The notes under the pieces are model-generated. The model was not told the DNA's origin, did not search any database, and saw only the letters and a program-made list of their open reading frames with translations. A DNA stretch of 64,000 nt from Octopus bimaculoides (lineage: Eukaryota): positions 1,556,261 through 1,620,260 of the forward strand of contig NC_069008.1 in assembly GCF_001194135.2 (NCBI RefSeq), given 5' to 3'. This document shows positions 59,065 through 64,000 of the stretch, in pieces (positions within the stretch are counted from its first letter, which is position 1; each line of letters starts with the position of its first letter). The translations under genes and the position numbers were made by a program.

Positions 59065-61997
59065 AACTGAAATCTGTGGAAAATATTTTTGATCAAACAG
59101 TGATTTGAAAAAAAAGCATTTAATCCACATGGGAGAAAAACCTTTCTAGTGTTAGAGTTCATGTACACAGTCACACTAGAGAAAGGCTTTTTCATTGTGA
59201 AATCTTTTAGCAATAAAAGGACGAACAAATACAAACAAGCGAAAAATCTTTTAACGGCCAAATGTAAGAAAATTTCTTACAGTCCACCAACATTGAAGAA
59301 TATCCATTGTGGGCAAGCGCTGTGAGAATCAATCTTTTACAGATTTTATCTGAGAGAAAGAGCCTTTGTCCTAACCGTTTAGCACTCACACCTGACACCA
59401 ACATCAGCCACGTGATTGTTTACTTTTAGAATGACATTGTAGGGTAGGTGTGAGAAGGTGGACTTTGCTGGTTTCAACATAAAGATGGATACAGCTAGTG
59501 TAACCCATTAGCATTCAGATTCCTGTGTCAAATGTAATGCTTATTTATATACATACTTTTGAACTAATCCTGCATTATCTCAGAGCTTTGAAAGTTTGAT
59601 GATGTTATTGTATTTTTTGCATGACATTGTAGAGCAGATGCGAGAGGTCAAATCTGGCCAGTTTGAGCATAAAACATGTAGAATATTTCAGCCAGTTTAA
59701 GTGCTGAATGGTTAAAGTGTTTGGGAAATCCATTACTGTGAATTACAATGACATCCCTCATTAATCCTGATTAGAATAATGCAGGGGTTAATAAGAAAAA
59801 TGGAAGGGTAAAACATTATGTATATGTTGTTACCAGTTATGTCCAGGAGGAGAATATTCAGATGGTTTGTTGAAAATATTCTTTGTAAATCTTTTAGCAT
59901 TCATCATTTTCTCAATCACATGATTTCAGGTTCAGTCCCACTGCATGGCACCTTGGTAGGCAGAAATTCTCGTTGCATGTGTACATGTGTGTGTAATTGC
60001 TTGTGCCTCCTGACAGTGAAAAGGAGGGTGGGTCTCTTTAAAAAACAAACAAATATACTCAAAAGGAAAATCTTTTAATAGCTAAATGTAAGAAAATTTC
60101 TTACAAATCTAAACTTCTAATCCACTGACATTGAAGAATAATTATCATGTGCAAGCATTATGGAAATCATCTTTTTCAGTTTTCATCTTTACATGTCACA
60201 CATTTCAACATCCATACATTCACATTTAACATGCACACAAGCACCCAGCACTTGCACAACATGCATAGAGATGCTTAGCAAACAGATTCATTGCTAGCAT
60301 CATCATTTAACGTCCGTTTTCCATGCTGGCATGGGTTGGGTGGTTTGATAGCAACTGGCCATCTGAAGAGCTGCCCAGGCTCCATGTCTGTTTTTGGCTC
60401 AGTTCCTATGGCTGGATGCCCTTCATGATGGAAACCACTTTACAGAGTGTACTGGATATTTTACACAGCACCAGGGTGTTATGTAGCACTGGCATGGGTG
60501 CTTTTTCTGATGTGACACCAGCAATATACATAAAATTACTGTCGATAGAAGATGCAACCCTATTTCTGCTGCTTATGCTCCTACGTCTATGATTCTGATC
60601 CACTGGTCTTCAATATAAATGCATATCAATATGCAACTATCAACTCATTGGTGACCTTGCACTTGAATATGTACANNNNNNNNNNNNNNNNNNNNNNNNN
60701 NNNNNNNNNNNNNNNNNNNNNNNNNNNNNNNNNNNNNNNNNNNNNNNNNNNNNNNNNNNNNNNNNNNNNNNNNNNNNNNNNNNNNNNNNNNNNNNNNNNN
60801 NNNNNNNNNNNNNNNNNNNNNNNNNNNNNNNNNNNNNNNNNNNNNNNNNNNNNNNNNNNNNNNNNNNNNNNNNNNNNNNNNNNNNNNNNNNNNNNNNNNN
60901 NNNNNNNNNNNNNNNNNNNNNNNNNNNNNNNNNNNNNNNNNNNNNNNNNNNNNNNNNNNNNNNNNNNNNNNNNNNNNNNNNNNNNNNNNNNNNNNNNNNN
61001 NNNNNNNNNNNNNNNNNNNNNNNNNNNNNNNNNNNNNNNNNNNNNNNNNNNNNNNNNNNNNNNNNNNNNNNNNNNNNNNNNNNNNNNNNNNNNNNNNNNN
61101 NNNNNNNNNNNNNNNNNNNNNNNNNNNNNNNNNNNNNNNNNNNNNNNNNNNNNNNNNNNNNNNNNNNNNNNNNNNNNNNNNNNNNNNNNNNNNNNNNNNN
61201 NNNNNNNNNNNNNNNNNNNNNNNNNNNNNNNNNNNNNNNNNNNNNNNNNNNNNNNNNNNNNNNNNNNNNNNNNNNNNNNNNNNNNNNNNNNNNNNNNNNN
61301 NNNNNNNNNNNNNNNNNNNNNNNNNNNNNNNNNNNNNNNNNNNNNNNNNNNNNNNNNNNNNNNNNNNNNNNNNNNNNNNNNNNNNNNNNNNNNNNNNNNN
61401 NNNNNNNNNNNNNNNNNNNNNNNNNNNNNNNNNNNNNNNNNNNNNNNNNNNNNNNAAACTCTCTTGGCATTTTGTCATTCATAGCACCAACATTGCTCAT
61501 ATTTTTGTGTATGAAAAGAATAAAATTTTGTCTATCAAAAATTGCAATGGATTCAGTATTCTTCTTTATACATCATCATCTTCATCATCGTCCTTTAACA
61601 TCTCTTTTTCCATGCTGGCATGGGTCGGATTGGTTGACTGAAGTTGGAGAGCTGCACCAGGTTCCAGTCTGATTTGGCTTGGTTTCTATGGCTGGATGTC
61701 CTTTCTAATGCCAACCACTTCACAATGTGTATTGGGTGCTTTTAATGTGGCACTGACATGAGCACATTTACATGGCACCAGCACAGGACTGCTGTAGGCT
61801 AATCCTTTTCACCAGGCAATGGCGGCTTGTTGGTACTTTAAACTGGCAGATTTATAAAACATGCCATGTATCTCCAAGCAATCTTTCGGGCTCTGTTCGT
61901 ACGTTAGATATATTTTAATACCAGGACGCTGGACACTGAAAGAGTGAAGAACAAAACGAGAGGAAAAAGAAGCAAAAAAGGTGGAACGAGTATAAGG

Positions 61998-62343
61998 TGT
62001 AGTAACGCCGTGCGCATGCGTGGAATTAAACAAGCAAGCGTTCCCGCTTAATTCTATCCCTTTTACGGTCGGCCGACCATGAGCATGGACGTGATAAGCT
62101 GTCTCTCTACATCTTTCCTGGACTTACACTCGACAGCTCGCTTGCAACTACATACCCACGTCCCAACAACTATGCTCACACACAACAGAAGCTGTAACAG
62201 CAAGAGCTAAAGATGTATATATTTACCACCTAAATAAAGTGTTGTTTAAGTTGATGGTCTGGAGTTCAGCGTTCCGTTATATTCTAATTTTATAGTAGGA
62301 AAGTCAGGTATACATCTAAAGATGTATAACTCACTTTCTACTA
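61998..62343 (+). mobile_element. Probable LTR (TGTAG...CTAC[T]A, AATAAA, PBS-like TGGTGA)
   Basis: Insertion relative to the paralogous blocks at 53215-53230 and 57830-57850. AATAAA at ~62232. No clear TSD. Confidence 0.5.
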
Positions 62344-63350
62344 AAGTGGTGATTATGAAAACCATGATCGTCCACTTTGATTGTAGAAACTTTAATTGTA
62401 CATAAGATATAAACAATGTCTGTAATGTTTTTGGCGATCCTTAGTTACTGGTATACAGACTGAGGCATGAGGGGGCAACGTCATTTACCCTGTTTTTCAG
62501 ACTAGTCTCTTTGTGTCATGCGGGATGATTGTATGGGTGAATGATATCGTTAACCAATACCGAAGGATTGCCATGTTATTCCATGTATGGGAAACAAAAA
62601 CTATGTTCTGTTTAATAATCGGTTAAAGATGTAAACATTGACCATACACAATCTATAGAGAGATTTAATAATGAACCATGTAAATCACACTCTGGAAATT
62701 TTATTTCTGTAAAATGTTGGGAGTGGGTACAATTTCCGAAACTTCCACCTCACCCCACCCCGTTTTCGGACTCCAAAAAGGGTTTTGTAGCATATTAGGA
62801 TGCCACAGGAATTCATTCAACGAAAAGAAGAAAAAAAAAATTCCAATGATTCCGGGACGGGGCGGGGTCTCCTCACCCCACTTTTTCCGAACCAGATTAA
62901 GGGATTTGCAGCATATTAGGAGGTCAGGGTACTTGATTCCATGCAAAATATCCGAGGTTCTTTTTCTTTTTTTTTTTTTTTGTTAGTGAAAATCGTGCAT
63001 CACCCCGACCCACGTAATTGCTGGTCTTGTGCCAGAATTCGAAACTTATATAAGATACGAAAGCGATGTCACTTGTACGCAAGCGCAGTAAAGGTGATAT
63101 CGTCTTTTTGCCAGTGTTCCTCGTAGTATGTTTCTCATATCACAATTGAAGTCATATCAATATTCACCTCGATAAAGAATTTCTGTAAGTATTCAGTTAT
63201 GAAACTATTATATCTGTTAATTAATATTGTATGTTATCGTCTCACCTCCACAAAACATACCCTTTAATATTCCTCGTTAGACGTAGACATCAGTTCTGGT
63301 CTCCACCACATTGAATAATGAAACAGATTTAAACAACACAAATCAATAAC

Positions 63351-63673
63351 CAGCAGTTTTCAACCGGTTTTTTTTTTAACTACTGGATCCCTTCGATTAC
63401 TATTTCATTCTGGTGGACTCCCATAACCATTCGATGTTTAAAAACTAGTTTTACAGAAACTTCTTTCAAAATTCCTGTTTTGTTGTCCACGTTAATTTGT
63501 GTAGGTTGAACTATGTGAAATGTTAGAGGAAGAAACCCAGCTGTTTCTTGCAATGTATACATCTAAAACAACATTTTTCAGAGGCTCTAAAAATACTATT
63601 TTGAATCCCCAATTGACTATTTTGTTGCGTGGACCCCTGAAAGTCTTATATGAACCCTGGTTGAAAAACACCG
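63351..63673. mobile_element. hAT-type MITE
   Basis: Ends cagcagttttcaacc / ggttgaaaaacaccg; internal sequence shared with ~50466-50749. Confidence 0.6.
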
Positions 63674-64000
63674 GTCCTAGACTTTCTCTAAGCCAGGGGT
63701 CGGCGAACCAGGGTAAATTACCCCTAGTGGGTTAAAAAGAAAATTCTTGCGGGTAATGAGGACTCATTGGGCATAAGTAAAATTATATTTAAAAGAAACG
63801 TGTTCCTTGTTACGATAACTTTTTCTTCTGGAATCAGAAGGCAGTCAAAAAGTTGCCTTTTGTAACAACCTACATTCGCAAACAAAGATTTTTTTCCACC
63901 CTAATGAACATTAAAAAATAAAGAGTAATCGAAGACTATCCAAATTGCTCTGGCATCAAAATGCAACAATTTTGGTGTAATTGTAACAAAAATGAAACCT

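Noticed and set aside
5134-61500. ORFs dominated by X or by YIYI/CVCV
   Set aside because: Artefacts of N gaps and (AT)n/(GT)n microsatellites.
1-64000. CRISPR arrays, rRNA or intact tRNA genes
   Set aside because: None seen; the 84-bp periodicity is zinc-finger coding repeat, and tRNA-like pieces are SINE heads.

Overview
AT-rich eukaryotic draft scaffold with many N gaps. The repeat content (tRNA-headed and Nin-domain SINEs, RTE tails ending in (GAT)n, long C2H2 arrays) strongly suggests a coleoid cephalopod, probably Octopus; this is inference, not a database result. The window is a tandem cluster of about 10 C2H2 zinc-finger loci (HTGEKP-linked arrays, each in one coding exon) in three sub-families with their own conserved upstream blocks: A (1.2, 7.9, 14.4, 17.7-19.8 kb), B (31.5, 39.4, 45.5 kb, plus an inverted 5'-less copy at 51-52 kb) and C (54.4, 58.3 kb, plus an orphan upstream block at 62 kb). 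Between A and B, on the minus strand, is a 5.35-kb single-exon frame (26183->20839). Repairing 3 in-frame stops and 3 frameshifts gives about 1,780 aa with about six tandem NHL-like beta-propeller units. Intergenic DNA carries three canonical type I hammerhead ribozymes (5.9, 12.8, 27.6 kb) and a core variant inside a 168-bp palindrome (34.3 kb), all intact on the + strand. It also carries several GG...CC MITEs with 8-9 bp TSDs, often containing (TTAGGG)n, alongside a Merlin/ISXO2-type transposase remnant. Decayed mariner, hAT, RTE, Penelope and LTR pieces complete the picture. All calls are by eye; no searches or folding programs were run.
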